NCBI RefSeq assembly: GCF_041260155.1 | Contig: NW_027248355.1 | Coordinates: 2,388,078-2,452,077 of the forward strand | DNA: 64,000 nucleotides | Direction: 5' to 3' | Source of the DNA: Ptychodera flava | Taxonomy: Eukaryota | Shown: positions 38,696 through 50,410 of the stretch, piece by piece | Layout of the letters: each line of letters starts with the position of its first letter | How positions within the stretch are numbered: the first letter of the stretch is position 1 | Made by a program: the position numbers and the translations under genes | Notes under the pieces: generated by a model | Databases searched by the model: none | Seen by the model: the letters and a program-made list of their open reading frames with translations, nothing else | What the model was told of the DNA's origin: nothing

Positions 38696-40448
38696 CATAA
38701 TTCTTTGTCTCGTGTTTAACCACCCTCTCTTGGGGTGAGCTGCTTGTAACAAGCTTCATACGATAGAGGGCAGCCATCAACGTCCGCTCAGTGCTAGGAT
38801 TGCGACCTACGAGGACAAAAATTAACGGATATGAACGCACATTTTTGTGTAAGTGTTACTACAGTAAACTAGGACTGTCAAAGCATCTGACCGTTCTGTT
38901 GCTCTGTGAAGCCAATAAGAAAAGCTGTGCACAACATGTTTGTTTCCCATCCCCGCGCGCGCGCCAAACTAGGCCTGCTGCGTCAGCATCTTACCGCGAG
39001 TGATTAAAAGAATTGCATTTGACAACGCATCACCGTGAACAGACGTGCGCAAGATAGAAAATGTAGATCGGGTTCTGCGCCTGAATACCTGACTACACTC
39101 ATCGAACGTAGTAACCCTTCCAGATCTCTCCGTTCAGGAGATGTTTTTTCTCAAAATTCCCCGGATACGACACAAGTTCTATGGCGATCGTTCATTTCAA
39201 CATTCTGCGTTGTGGCATGGTCATATTCGTTCTGCATCAAGTACTTAAGTTTTCAAATCAAGACTCAGAGAACTGCTTTTCTGAGAAAGCTTAACGCATG
39301 TGATCCTGTGTAAAACGCCGGCGAACATTTTGATGCATACCGGGCGCTATATAAATTTATAATCGTCTCATAATTTATTATATGTTACAGCCCGAATGTG
39401 GGACTGTATGCCCGAGGGTAGGTGACCATTTGCACGACGCAAGGAGGGCAAATGGTCTCCTGCCTCGAGGTTACACAGTCACTTGTTTGGGCTATAGTAT
39501 TTTTATTACATGCCTCTCTTACACAGTTTTCGGTCAAAATATTTATTTTTATTAGCAAATTTAATGGCAAAATACTGTATATCCGTCTTAGACGAAAATC
39601 CGTTAAAAATGAATCGATTTTCATCACCGAGTGGCGCATTGATATATTTACACTACTGTTATGCGGTTTATCATTTTTTTATGCAAACTGTTCCTAAAAT
39701 AGGATTTCCCATGCAAAATATGAAATTTTAACATTTTTACATCCAAAAGTCGTCAAGTTGAATATAATTCAGGTTCACTTTCAGGCCCGCGACGTCATTG
39801 ACGAGTTACAATTGGATCCTATGGAGCGCGTGATATGCGATATACGAGGCACGTCATAAATACATTATATTGCCCGATACTAAGTAGTGAACCCATCCAA
39901 TCTTCTTTCTGCCTGTCACAGCAACCCGTGCATGTTAATTTGCCTGTTTTGTTTTCATGTCGGCGGAAGAATCTTAAGATATTTGAGCAAAGACAAGGAA
40001 CAAATAAATAAATGAAACGTTTAAAAGAAACGGAAAGAATTCAGATCAGGTAAAATTGAAGCATCGTATTAGCAAAGGCGTTATGACCAGAAACAAAGAC
40101 TTTTCACCTTTTTATTTCAATTGGGTGTTGCATATTATTGTAGATAGTTCGACCGGTAGAATAATGCATTGGCAGACTGAATGAGCGATCTAGATAGTGG
40201 AATAATGTTCAACAAGAAATACGCAAGTTACCCGGTATTCTGACAATTTTAATAAGTGCTTTCAAGACTCGTCTGTTCATCAGAACATATCAGCCTCACT
40301 GCTGTGACTCTGTAGAGGGCCACTTAACACTAATCCATGTTGGACTTGCGCTTGATATCGATTTGATTGATAAATTGATTGATTGATTGATTGATTTTTG
40401 TAGGACTGATGACGACTACAAAAGCTTAAATTTAGGTTTATACATTAC

Positions 40449-40908
40449 CTGTTGGTGGAAATTCAGCCGTAGGTTGTATGAGTCTCAATTGCCTCTTCGT
40501 AATAATATCGATTACTGTTTTGTCACCGACCCCTGGGGGTAGAATATAGCGAACTTGGAGACCAATGTCAGATAAACGCCTCTCGGCGCTGACGATTGAA
40601 AGTCTTATAGCATTTGAGTACTGTATTTCCCAGTGACCAGGTGACATCGGTCCGTCACATCGAATCCCAATTTCATACTTTGTACTCCACTCTTTAACAA
40701 GATCCGGGTGTTCTTCTGCAAAGTCACCATACACGAACAAGGTCAAGGGCACATCAATGTGGTATGCTTCTATTGTAGTGATCAGTTTTCGTGCTCTTTT
40801 TGCGTTCATTCCCACTTGAATTACAATAGATACAACGCGCTTGTTGTCAGCCTTTGGTAAACAGCCTTTGATAACGCTTCCCATTGCACCGGGCGTATCG
40901 CTTGGAAC
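40449..40908 (-). CDS. Internal coding exon of 460 nt, phase 0 to phase 1, of an unidentified protein (VPSDTPGAMGSVIKG…LFVYGDFAEEHPDLVKEW…RQLRLIQPTAEFPPT).
   Basis: ORF 40438..40974(-). Acceptor tttatttcttctttgttccag| at 40909-40911 and donor CAG|gtaatg at 40447-40448, both close to consensus. Product not recognised. Confidence 0.5.
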
Positions 40909-41759
40909 CTGGAACAAAGAAGAAATAAAAAAATTATTGACTGTCGTCAAAATTCCCCTGTAGACCTTTACCATCTAGCAGTGAAAAGGAAAGCCTACAA
41001 CATTGTCAACGATTCTGATCACCCTCTTCATGGTTACTTCCAGAAGCTCCCGTCAGGGAGACGTTATCGGGTCCCTCATGCAAAGAAAAAGCTCTTCAAA
41101 AAAGTCATTTCTTCCATCAGCAGTTTTTAAACTAAAACTTGATGTCATTGTTTTAAACTTCCAGTTGGTCCTTAGTTGTTTCCGTCTGTTTCAATTTTTG
41201 TATCTATGTCGCTACTTTGTGTGTTTTTAACCATTTCAATGTGTAATAGCGTCCCTTATTATAGATTTCTCTTGCCAGTTGTACTTTTTTAAATATGATG
41301 AGCCTGAAGGCAAATTTCTGCATGATTTTTATGGATAATAAAGTAAATGAATTGAATAAAGTAGAGTGCGGCGCCTTGTTTCACTGCGGTATGCGCAAAT
41401 CTTAACAATAACACATGTTATTATCCAAGACTTTGAGCACTCGTCGACATCATGGTTTTGCCATTTTTATGGACCTGTCTTAAAAAGTTTGTTTTATTGT
41501 ATTAATGTATAACATTACCGGCCAATAGTGTCCAGTATATTATAGAGGCTTTTAGAGTTACGCATTTTCCCTAATGAGAGCAATCATCATGGAGCCAATC
41601 AACACAAGTTTACCGGAAATATCAGAAATTAATCAATGTATCGACCATGGAATACTCGTGACATAATGACGGTATCCATTCGTAGTGACACCGTCATTAC
41701 GTCACTCGTATCTTTAATTCGCTGAACCACAGAGTAACATAGACAGAGTAGCAACACTT

Positions 41760-42445
41760 GCATGCCTTTTGTTCCATGGTCGTCTCGGTAGACTATCGGC
41801 TTTTCATATTAAAATGAGCTCCAAAGGTGTTAAACTTTTTGGAGGCTTTGTTTGTGGTTGATGATTACACGAGATTATGCGAAAAATACGACGAGATGGC
41901 ATCGTACTGCCAGTCGCGTAGCAACCATAGTTACTTTGTGAGCTCTCAGGCCAGAAACACTGCTTCACGCCAATCAAAACATAACACGGCAGCAGTTTCA
42001 TAAACATGTCCTTCCTTGACGCACGTGTAAAAGAGGGTACGACTGACCGTAAACCATTGAGTAAAACAAGACAGTATCGATAAAATACTTTAAAATTTGG
42101 TTCAAACACACTCATTATATATTCATAAAAATATGAAGGAATTTTTAAAACGGTAAAACTCATTTTCCTGAAGCTCAAAACACTCCCGTTTTCGCCAGCA
42201 CGTCAATTCTGCTCAGCACCACACGACAACAACAATACAAACTTTGCCGAACATACTTTCGCTTAACAATTGGCGAAAATCCGAAAACTACCAAAGGATT
42301 CATGGTCGGCACTCTTCGGAAAAGAGAGGCGAGAGCAACCTGAGGCGAGGCGAACATGGATGGGTTACGTAACCGCTTCACGCCTTAAACAATACCCGTT
42401 GCCACTCTATCTATCTTTCTCTATGGCTGAACGAAGAAAATATCA
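41760..42445. repeat. Arm 1 of a large inverted repeat of about 670 bp. It pairs with 49775-50410.
   Basis: Reverse complement of 49790-50410 aligns throughout. The mirrored ORFs 41804..42178(-) and 50150..50347(+) give ...CYVLIGVKQCF.PESSQS.YGCYATGS.MPSRRIFRIISCN... Confidence 0.8.
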
Positions 42446-43325
42446 ACAACAACGTGTATATAGTCCCACGGAATATTTCTCTTTGATGTCATCGTGTAGG
42501 AGTGTGTGTTTTTTGTCTTGTTTTTGTTAGTTTTGTTTTTGGTGGGGAGCCGTAAAACTTCGAGTCGTCATTGCTGCTTGTTACGCTATATTATCGTACG
42601 TGTCCTACCTTGGGTGGGTTTACACTGTCGAAATCATTAAATTGCTTTGTTTCTGCAGACCATGTGATGATATTGGACACTTGTGTAGCCACTTCCTTTG
42701 TAATACGCGATTTTTCTGCGGCTGTCTCGCCAGTTGGTTGACCAGGGTGATATTCACCGTAAAATCTTTAATTAGAGAGATGCACATTATTGTAATTCGA
42801 GGAATTTGATCGTACATCTCATTCATCGGTGTGTCAGTGTAAGGAATACGTTCTGTAACGATTTCAATGTGTCTGCATATATGAAAACTTGATTTTCAGC
42901 ACTTTCAATCATAACAAGATATTTCAAACAATCGTTTCTGGATTTAATTCCTAATTCATTGCTTCTTCTTCATTTTTTTGACAATTTGGAAAACAGCTAG
43001 CAAAATCTGAAAAAAGTAACAAAACCTATACTAGAAAAGAGTTTGTCGAATTAATCCGTCTTTTGAATGAATTTAATAAATGAATGAATGAATAAATAAA
43101 TAAGTAAACAAATAAATAAATAAATAGATAAATAAATAATTTGAAAATCTGCAAAATTAAAAAAACAGCAACGAAACCTATACAAGCGGACAGTTCGTAC
43201 AAGTGATCAGTTCTTTGAATTCAATCAATCAATCAATCAATCAAATAACTTAACAAATTACCAGAAGGGGAATTGATTACTCATGTCACACAGCGAAGAT
43301 AGAAATGAGAAGGATATGAGAAATA

Positions 43326-43733
43326 TTACTTATCGATCCATGCCATCGTGCCGTCTTTCAGCATCTTTCGCAGGATACCATATTCTGCGCCTTCGACGTC
43401 CAGTTTAAAGATGACATAGTCTTCCTTATTGATATTCTGTTGAATCCACTGTGATAGGTCAATCGTCGGGATTACGTCATGTTTGGACAGCTTCCTGGAA
43501 CCGCCATCTTCTTTGTCGACTCCCTCAGTGTTACTGACGAAGAGACTTCCGCCACCCCATTGCATGTCTTTACCATGATTCCTCTTACCAGGAAACCAGG
43601 TCCCTTCGTTGTAGGCAGTCATGTTACCTGGTGTTAAAATGGCAAAGAAAAAGTTGTGGTTTGTGAAATTATGCGCATCAGATGAATGCGATCCTGAAAT
43701 TCCAGCTTTGTAACGAACTGAAGCATACCCAGA
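43326..43733 (-). CDS. Exon encoding the C-terminal half of the FkbM-like domain (…TIDLSQWIQQNINKEDYVIFKLDVEGAEYGILRKML…) through the TAA stop. A possible read-through donor GATAA|gtaata overlaps that stop.
   Basis: ORF 43326..43622(-), with the frame open upstream to a phase-0 acceptor ctttcag|TCT at 43734-43736. This matches the phase-0 donor of the 48904 exon. The KiDvEGaE motif is present. Confidence 0.55.
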   Translation of the reverse strand, partial: SGYASVRYKAGISGSHSSDAHNFTNHNFFFAILTPGNMTAYNEGTWFPGKRNHGKDMQWGGGSLFVSNTEGVDKEDGGSRKLSKHDVIPTIDLSQWIQQNINKEDYVIFKLDVEGAEYGILRKMLKDGTMAWIDK

Positions 43734-46639
43734 CTGAAAGATCTGTCGCTTGAGGGCGCTCTCTAAACCCCGCCTTTCTCAGTGGGAGAGGGAAACATAG
43801 AGATCGCCCTCGAGCGACGGATCTTTTAGTCGAAAACATACCGCAGTATCGCAATTTTTGGCCAGAATCTATTTGCTTTAGCGATTACACTACGGTGCTC
43901 ATACCATCGCCATTTTACGTATAACTGTCTTTCTCTGCATGTCAATTTTAATATGCCTGATTGTGCAGCAGATTAGTGTCAAGGTCACAATTACCTAGAC
44001 GTAATACAGAGTCTGAAAACCTTACCAAGTGCAGTTCTTTGTGTCATAATGGTCTTAAATGTATTTTGTGTCATAATGGTCACTAAGCCTATTAAAGTTA
44101 CTTCAGGGATAGGCTTTGATGTGATCCTGCGAGAGGCGTCCAAATGTTAAGAATGATATCATGAACCATGAACGTGGAGCTTAAATGACCAGTGATGTTG
44201 ACGTTTGAAGATTTTTTCAGCATTTTTGTTTAACAAGATTTGAGCTAATTCGGGAAAATTGGATGGGAGTAATTATTAGGAAAGCGTAACAAACTCAAAA
44301 TTTTTACAAAATGATCAGTAGAATAGTGTAAAATTTGAAATATTGTTCTCATCGAACAAAACAACAAAAACACATCGATTATTTCATACTTCTTTCATTG
44401 GATTCTTTTTTTTACGAAAACAACTTTATTTTGTGTAAATGTTATAAAGAAACGAGACATAGTATTTAAAATATTTCTGATTGATGACTTTTGAGTCAGG
44501 GCACTTTTGATATGTCTCTAACTTTTAAGCGAATTTAGGACTTCACAAACACTAAATTGAGTCAGGACACATTTTAAATGACCCTGACTGACGTAACTGT
44601 AAATCAATCTAAAAACTTCATTTTGGTTGAGGCAAAGTGACAAACTGAGATTAGTACTAGTGTTTCAGTAATGAAGAAACTACAGACAAGTTCACACATT
44701 TCCATTCAAATATGAATATTGTTCATATGTTTTGAACAATATTGCATTAGATACTATCATGCACTGATACTTACTCATAACATTTCAACAGCATCGCAAA
44801 TTTTGAATAAAATGATAAAGATTGTAAGAATAAATGGTTTAATAGTAGACAAATTTCTTAAAATCTTGAGAAATTGTGGCAATCCGATGATCCCAATTTA
44901 GTTCCAATCTTGTTGTTTTTGTTTTACTGTTCTACTCCCCAAAATTTGTTGAGATACACAGTATCCAGCTTGTTAACTCAGCCTGTACATGTCCAAAGTG
45001 CGTTGTTGTTATTGTTGTTGTTGTTGTTGACAAGTGAATTCTGATTCGGACTTGAATTCAAATGTAAACAATAACAGTGCATTTTACCCATACAGATCGT
45101 TTACTACCTTCTGAGGTAGAAAAAATCATATTAGCCCCCTTTCCCGCCTCAGATGGGCCGTCCGCCGTGTACATAACGAGGAAGACTCAGGACTGTGGAC
45201 CGCATTAACCAAATTTCGTGTTTGAAAACGATGCACATAGCACATTTTTTCTGAACAACAATTAGTCCTAAATAGCAATGGCAAACATGGCCATCTGTGG
45301 AGCTTATACGGTATTCAGGGTCTTTCAATACGCAGCTGTGCAATGGAAATACGAGGAAAAGAGCCCTTTTATGTCCTGTTTTGTCATGCGTGTCTATTCT
45401 TGGTTGGATGTGCTATTATATTGTGTCGGTAATTTATTGCTCTTACGTAATACAAACCTTGCATTTTAATAAATGGCTATGTTTGTGTCTGGACCCTGGG
45501 GTGATTGCAAGCTTACCCTCAGACACAACAACAATCCGACGGGACTACCTGTAAATTTGACATTATTTAGAGTGCAATTAACTAAAACGTCACATTGAAG
45601 CAGAGGGATGATTTAAACTTGGGTTTCTCTGTTGATGTTTGACTTCGAATTATTTCTTTCATACCCAGGAGTCGGTACAATTGTGATACAATTGGATTGC
45701 TTTGAGTTCACTCTTTCATGACCAGCAGTGTTAATATGAAATAATTTTAATACATTTTTAATACATTGCGACTGCTTTGAGTTTTCATGTATAATTTATT
45801 AGTAAGTGTGATATATTGGTACTTAGCACAAAATACGGGCAAGCATCGATCAGGACTAGACCATTCCATATTAGGGGGCTAGATAAGAATGACAGAATAC
45901 AGTTCTTCCTCCAAAGATTTCACATATTGTATATTATAATAGCCTGATCGTACACCCACCCCCCAAAAAAACTCTTTTCATATTGCTTGTCAAGCTTATA
46001 ATTTTCTGCAAACGCATCTAGCCCGAGTCGAGAGAAATACTCGGTAGCCTCCTTGTGACCACTCTCTATTACGATATTATGACGCATCGGTTAATCCATA
46101 CTCCTATCATACAATCGCATCATGTCGCAGAGGTCAGTTAAATGGCTCTCGACAACGGCTTTGCTCTATCAACCCCCTTTTTAGTCTGTGATATTTCTTA
46201 TAACGACATGTTATAAACATTTTTCTCCCACAGTTCCTTCACCGGATTGAGGGACTGTACATCTCTCCTTACTCAACTTGTTATTGTAATTCTGAATAAT
46301 TGACCCCACACTTCTATTGTTAGTTACAGTCAGTCCACAAACATTGCCTAATCACGTGGCATACATTCTAATCGCACTCTATACTAATTAATAGAAAAAG
46401 GAAGTAGTCTGTTCACGTAATTAGTAGGGCTCGTGTGCAGCGTCTCTGAAGCTGCTATCTAATTGGCTGTTATAATTGAATAATACAAATGGACTCCCTA
46501 AGTTGCTGTGAATAGTGACAATCGAAGGACACGCTGCACATCAGCATAATTAGTACGCTGCATCGAAAGTGAAATTACAGTTTTGCTTCAATTTTCCTTA
46601 GTGACAGTTTTATCAATTGACTTTCTAATCAAGAATAAA

Positions 46640-46870
46640 CTCTGGGGTGTCCTGACATTTACTGATATTTGAAATTCAAAATGGCCGCCATCCTTGTGTC
46701 AACTCTGAAGTTGGGCAAAACACTTTGCGTCGCTTTTCAAAAACTAAGACGGAGATTTTCTATTACTCAACGGGCTGTAAAATGACCCTCTACAAGTGGT
46801 AAAAAGGTCATTTGGGAGCCTAAATATCTGCCCCTGAGGCGCGATATACTGTAAGGCATCCATTACTGTG
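46640..46870 (+). repeat. Family R copy, 5'-truncated, plus orientation.
   Basis: tttactgatatttgaaattcaaaatggccgccatccttgtgtcaactctgaag...aactaagacggag...atatctgcccctgaggcgcg. Confidence 0.55.
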
Positions 46871-47164
46871 ATAGCAGAATGAAAGTAGGCAAATACATGC
46901 CTTGACTTGAAATATCACTGAGGCGATTTAAAGAAAATTGTTTGCGGTCTTTGGATTGTTGAAAAAACCTACCATGCAGCCAGGGAAAACACAGATCAAA
47001 AACACAAGTGTATTAATATAAGCTCAATCTTTGTTTGGTTTCCTTTGGAAAAATTGTATTTGGGGTTTTGAGACCGCTTGTCTCGAAACCCTATTGTAAT
47101 CGTTCTGTTTTTTACTTTACTTCTTCACACACGTAAGCAAATGTCATAGCCTTGTCTGTCTGTC

Positions 47165-47165
47165 C

Positions 47166-47197
<32 letters not shown>

Positions 47198-47221
47198 CTG
47201 TCTGTCTGTCTGTCTGTCTGT
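47165..47221. repeat. (GT)n(CTGT)n compound microsatellite
   Basis: Direct read. Confidence 0.9.
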
Positions 47222-47309
47222 TTACACGATAACTCATAAACGCCTGAAAAGATTTAAGTCAGGTTAGGAAGACAGGTACCATATGCTAACTGCAAAACTA
47301 ATTAGATTT

Positions 47310-48000
47310 TGGTTTGTGTGGACTGCATATTAATGAACTTATGACATATCATTCTATTTTCATTACGATTTCCCTATGGAGACAGTAATGACAGTATCGA
47401 CATATATTAAGAAATACTATACAAAATTTCATGAATGACAATCTCAAAACATTATAGTGATACTGTGAGTGTCATATCAATTACATGCTCATTTGCATAT
47501 TTAATGAACTTTTGTACTTGGTGACATGACTCTGAATTCCTGCACAAAATTTAATGATACATGCAACAAAAATTGATCTGATATATATCTAATTGTACTT
47601 AGAAGCATCGGGCAGTGTCAAGTCAATAAGTAGCTCATTATCATATTTTATAAAGTTTTGTAATTCGTCGTATAACTCCGAAATAACTACACCAAATTTG
47701 ATGAAAGCTGCAGCAGATACTGATCCGACAGATATCTAACTGTGGTGTAAAGCATTTAGTGTGTGATGCATATTGAATCAACTTGTAATTAGGTATGCAA
47801 CTCTGAAATTAGCTCACCTAATTTAATGAAACCTGCTAAAGAAATTGATCTGATAAATATCCAATTGTGCTGAGAAGCATTGGGCAGTGCCAACTTAATA
47901 AATAGCTCATTTGCATATTTATGAAGTTTTGTATTTAGTCATAAAACTCCGAAATAAATGCACCAAATTTGATGAAATCTGCTGTAGAAACTGATCCGAT
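47310..48000. repeat. Tandem array of about 4 copies of a roughly 150-bp unit (…ttgcatatttaatgaacttttgta…gaagcatcgggcagtgtcaagtcaataagtagctcat) inside the FkbM gene intron.
   Basis: Direct repeats are visible by eye at 47488, 47630, 47770 and 47905. Confidence 0.65.
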
Positions 48001-48049
48001 TTAAGGTACCTTATGAAATATGCATCTATTTAATTCTGGGCTTGTAAAT

Positions 48050-48660
48050 GGGGCCAGAGGTCTGATTTTGGGTATACATGGATAACTATTGGATAAATTT
48101 CTTTTGACTAAATGTCACCTGACTTAGATCACCTCTGACCTCAACTATACCTTTATACCTATCAACCATTAACCGTAGGTTCTACACCTTTCATATTTAG
48201 TATGATGGGAGACCTTATGAAGCAACATCCTATACCTCGCTATTTATGAGCATATCGACTTCTTGGCTAGCCAATAGAGCTATAGGTGTGATTTCTGGTA
48301 CACAGGTATAACTTTTTGATAAAACTTTTAACAAAATTTCATGTGACCTCGATGACCTTTGACCTTAGAATTACGTGTATTTACCTATAAAGTGCTACAC
48401 CTTCTGCATCATTGGATACCTTTTAACATCCTGTACCCTATTAAATATCCGCATATGTAATTATAGGCTAGCAAATAGAGCTAGACATCAGATGTTTTGT
48501 ACACAGGGATGAATTTTGGAAAATGTTTCTAGCTTAAATGTTAGATGACCCGCGACTTCTTTGACCTCATTAATTGTGCATGTATCTCATTTTCAGTTAT
48601 CCTATTTAGCTGAAGGTGTAATTTTGGTAAACGAGTATAACTAATTGACCATTTGCTCAT
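48050..48660. repeat. Second tandem array of about 2.5 copies of a roughly 230-bp unit (…ctagccaatagagctataggtgtgatttctggtacacaggtataac…).
   Basis: The repeated block gctagc[c/a]aatagagcta... recurs at about 48258 and about 48470. Confidence 0.55.
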
Positions 48661-48903
48661 TTTTCTTGGAAACCCTTAATTGCTGTTTTGCAGCTATATT
48701 TGTATTTGTAATAGTGTTAACATTGTGTTAGTTTTCTTAATTTTCTCTGAAAACCTACCGGTATAGGCGGGAAGCGCCCAATTGAAAAGCGTGAATAGCG
48801 CACATTAATTCCCCAGGATCATTTAACCATGGATGTAAAAAATCTATTTTTTACATCCATGATTTAACTGAGCCCTAATATTACATTAATTTTGTTTTAT
48901 TAC

Positions 48904-49168
48904 CGACAGCCATCTTCCAAGAAACTGTTGTGCATTCCTTCGTATCTGGTAAGTTAACCTACCGTCCTTATCAGCCACACCAACGGGACAGTGAAGGACA
49001 TGGCCTTTCCCGCGGAAATAGGCAAAATATGGCGCCAAATCGGCGTCGATCTCGAACGAGTGAATGATGTAATCGTCTGCATCCGGGTAAGCTTCTCGGA
49101 AAAGGTTGACAGTTGAAGCAACGTTGGCTCCGCAATCAAGCAATATCTTTCTTGGTCCAGGTTTTGGT
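48904..49168 (-). CDS. Exon encoding the N-terminal half of an FkbM-family (Methyltransf_21) methyltransferase-like domain (…LLDCGANVASTVNLFREAYPDADDYIIHSFEIDADLAPYF…HCPVGVADKDGRLTYQ…). The 5' boundary is uncertain. A candidate acceptor tgtag| lies at 49169-49170.
   Basis: ORF 48886..49143(-). The DxGAN motif and the ...A.sDkdGkaklY block of the FkbM domain are present. A donor TCG|gtaata at 48902-48903 (phase 0) lies just before the in-frame stop. Confidence 0.55.
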
Positions 49169-49636
49169 CTACATTAAGTAAACGTAAAGTTTAGTCAATA
49201 AATGAGTGAGCGAATGAATGAATGAATAAATAAATGAATGAATGAATGATCGAAAGAACGAATTAATCTTAATAAGTTAGGTAGCAAGCTAAAGAATTAT
49301 TGATTAATTAATCAATTATTTAATTAAAACGCGATTACATGCTTCGGTTCATCAATTGAATAATCAATTTATAATAGCATATAGGAGAACTATGAAAAAA
49401 CATGAGTGGGGAAAGATTACTATATATTATGAGAAGTGGCGTCAGAGTACTGGAAAGAGTTCCTACAAGGGAGTTATGTGCTCATGTCACAAATGCAAAT
49501 TGCAGCAAACATATAACCTTCTTGAAGTGTGCGAATTCTATGATTTACTAACAAATAGACGTGGCGGGGATAAGACAAAATTTTGCAATATGCTGTTAAA
49601 AATTGCTCATGATTTGAATGGCCTATATACTGTTTC

Positions 49637-49637
49637 T

Positions 49638-49678
<41 letters not shown>
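49637..49678. repeat. (CTA)14 trinucleotide repeat. A related (CTT)n/(CTA)n array lies at 50498-50600.
   Basis: Direct read. Confidence 0.9.
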
Positions 49679-49774
49679 GATAAAAGTAATGTAACATGCT
49701 TACAATATAGTTTCTGTCTGTCCATTGCTGTACCTAGGTGTAAAGGAAAGCAAGAAAACGGTAAAAATTCGCCG

Positions 49775-50410
49775 CGTATAAGCACAGACAAATAGAGAAA
49801 CAGACTAGCAACGGGTATTGTTCAAGGCGTAAAGCGGTTACGTAACCCACCAATGTTCGCCTCGCCTCAGGTAGCTCTCGCCTCTCTCTTCAGAAGAGTG
49901 CCGACCATGCATCCTTCCGTAATTTTCGGATTTTTGCCAATTGTTAAGAGAAAGTATATTCGGCAAAGTTTGTGTTGTTGTTGTCGTGTGGTGCTGAGCG
50001 GAATTGGAGTGTTTTGAGCTTCAGGAAAGTGAGTTTTACCATTCTAAAAAATCCTCTCATATTTTATGAATATATAATGAGTGTGTTTGAACCAAATTTG
50101 AAAGTCTTTTATCGATAATGTCTGGTTTTCGTCAAGGAAGGGCATATTTATGAAACTGCTGGCGTGTTATGTTTTGATTGGCGTGAAGCAGTGCTTCTGC
50201 CCTGAGAGCTCACAAAGTACCTATGGTTGCTACGCGACTGGCAGCATGATGCCATCTCGTCGTATTTTTCGCATAATCTCGTGCAATTATCAACCACAAA
50301 CAAAGTCTCCAAAACGTTTAACACCTTTGAAGCTCATTTTAATATGAAAAGGCCATAGTCTACCGAGACGACCATGGAACAAAAGGCATGCCGCGTTGCT
50401 AGTCTGTTTC
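49775..50410. repeat. Arm 2 of the roughly 670-bp inverted repeat. It is flanked by CTA/CTT trinucleotide arrays and by a short directly duplicated segment (49590-49700 versus 50455-50600).
   Basis: See arm 1. AHDL...LLLLLL ORFs recur on both sides at 49356..49694 and 50454..50693. Confidence 0.8.

Noticed and set aside
38791-39313. ORFs 38791..39003 and 39035..39313 (…ERSNPSRSLRSGDVFSQNSPDTTQVLWRSF…FQIKTQRTAF)
   Set aside because: They vaguely resemble a widespread TE-associated peptide tail. I could not establish a reliable match from sequence alone, so they are left unannotated.
43622-43760. Using ATG 43622 as the start of the FkbM C-terminal exon
   Set aside because: The frame stays open upstream to a phase-matched acceptor at 43734-43736. 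The domain alignment also needs the upstream residues, so the ATG is internal.
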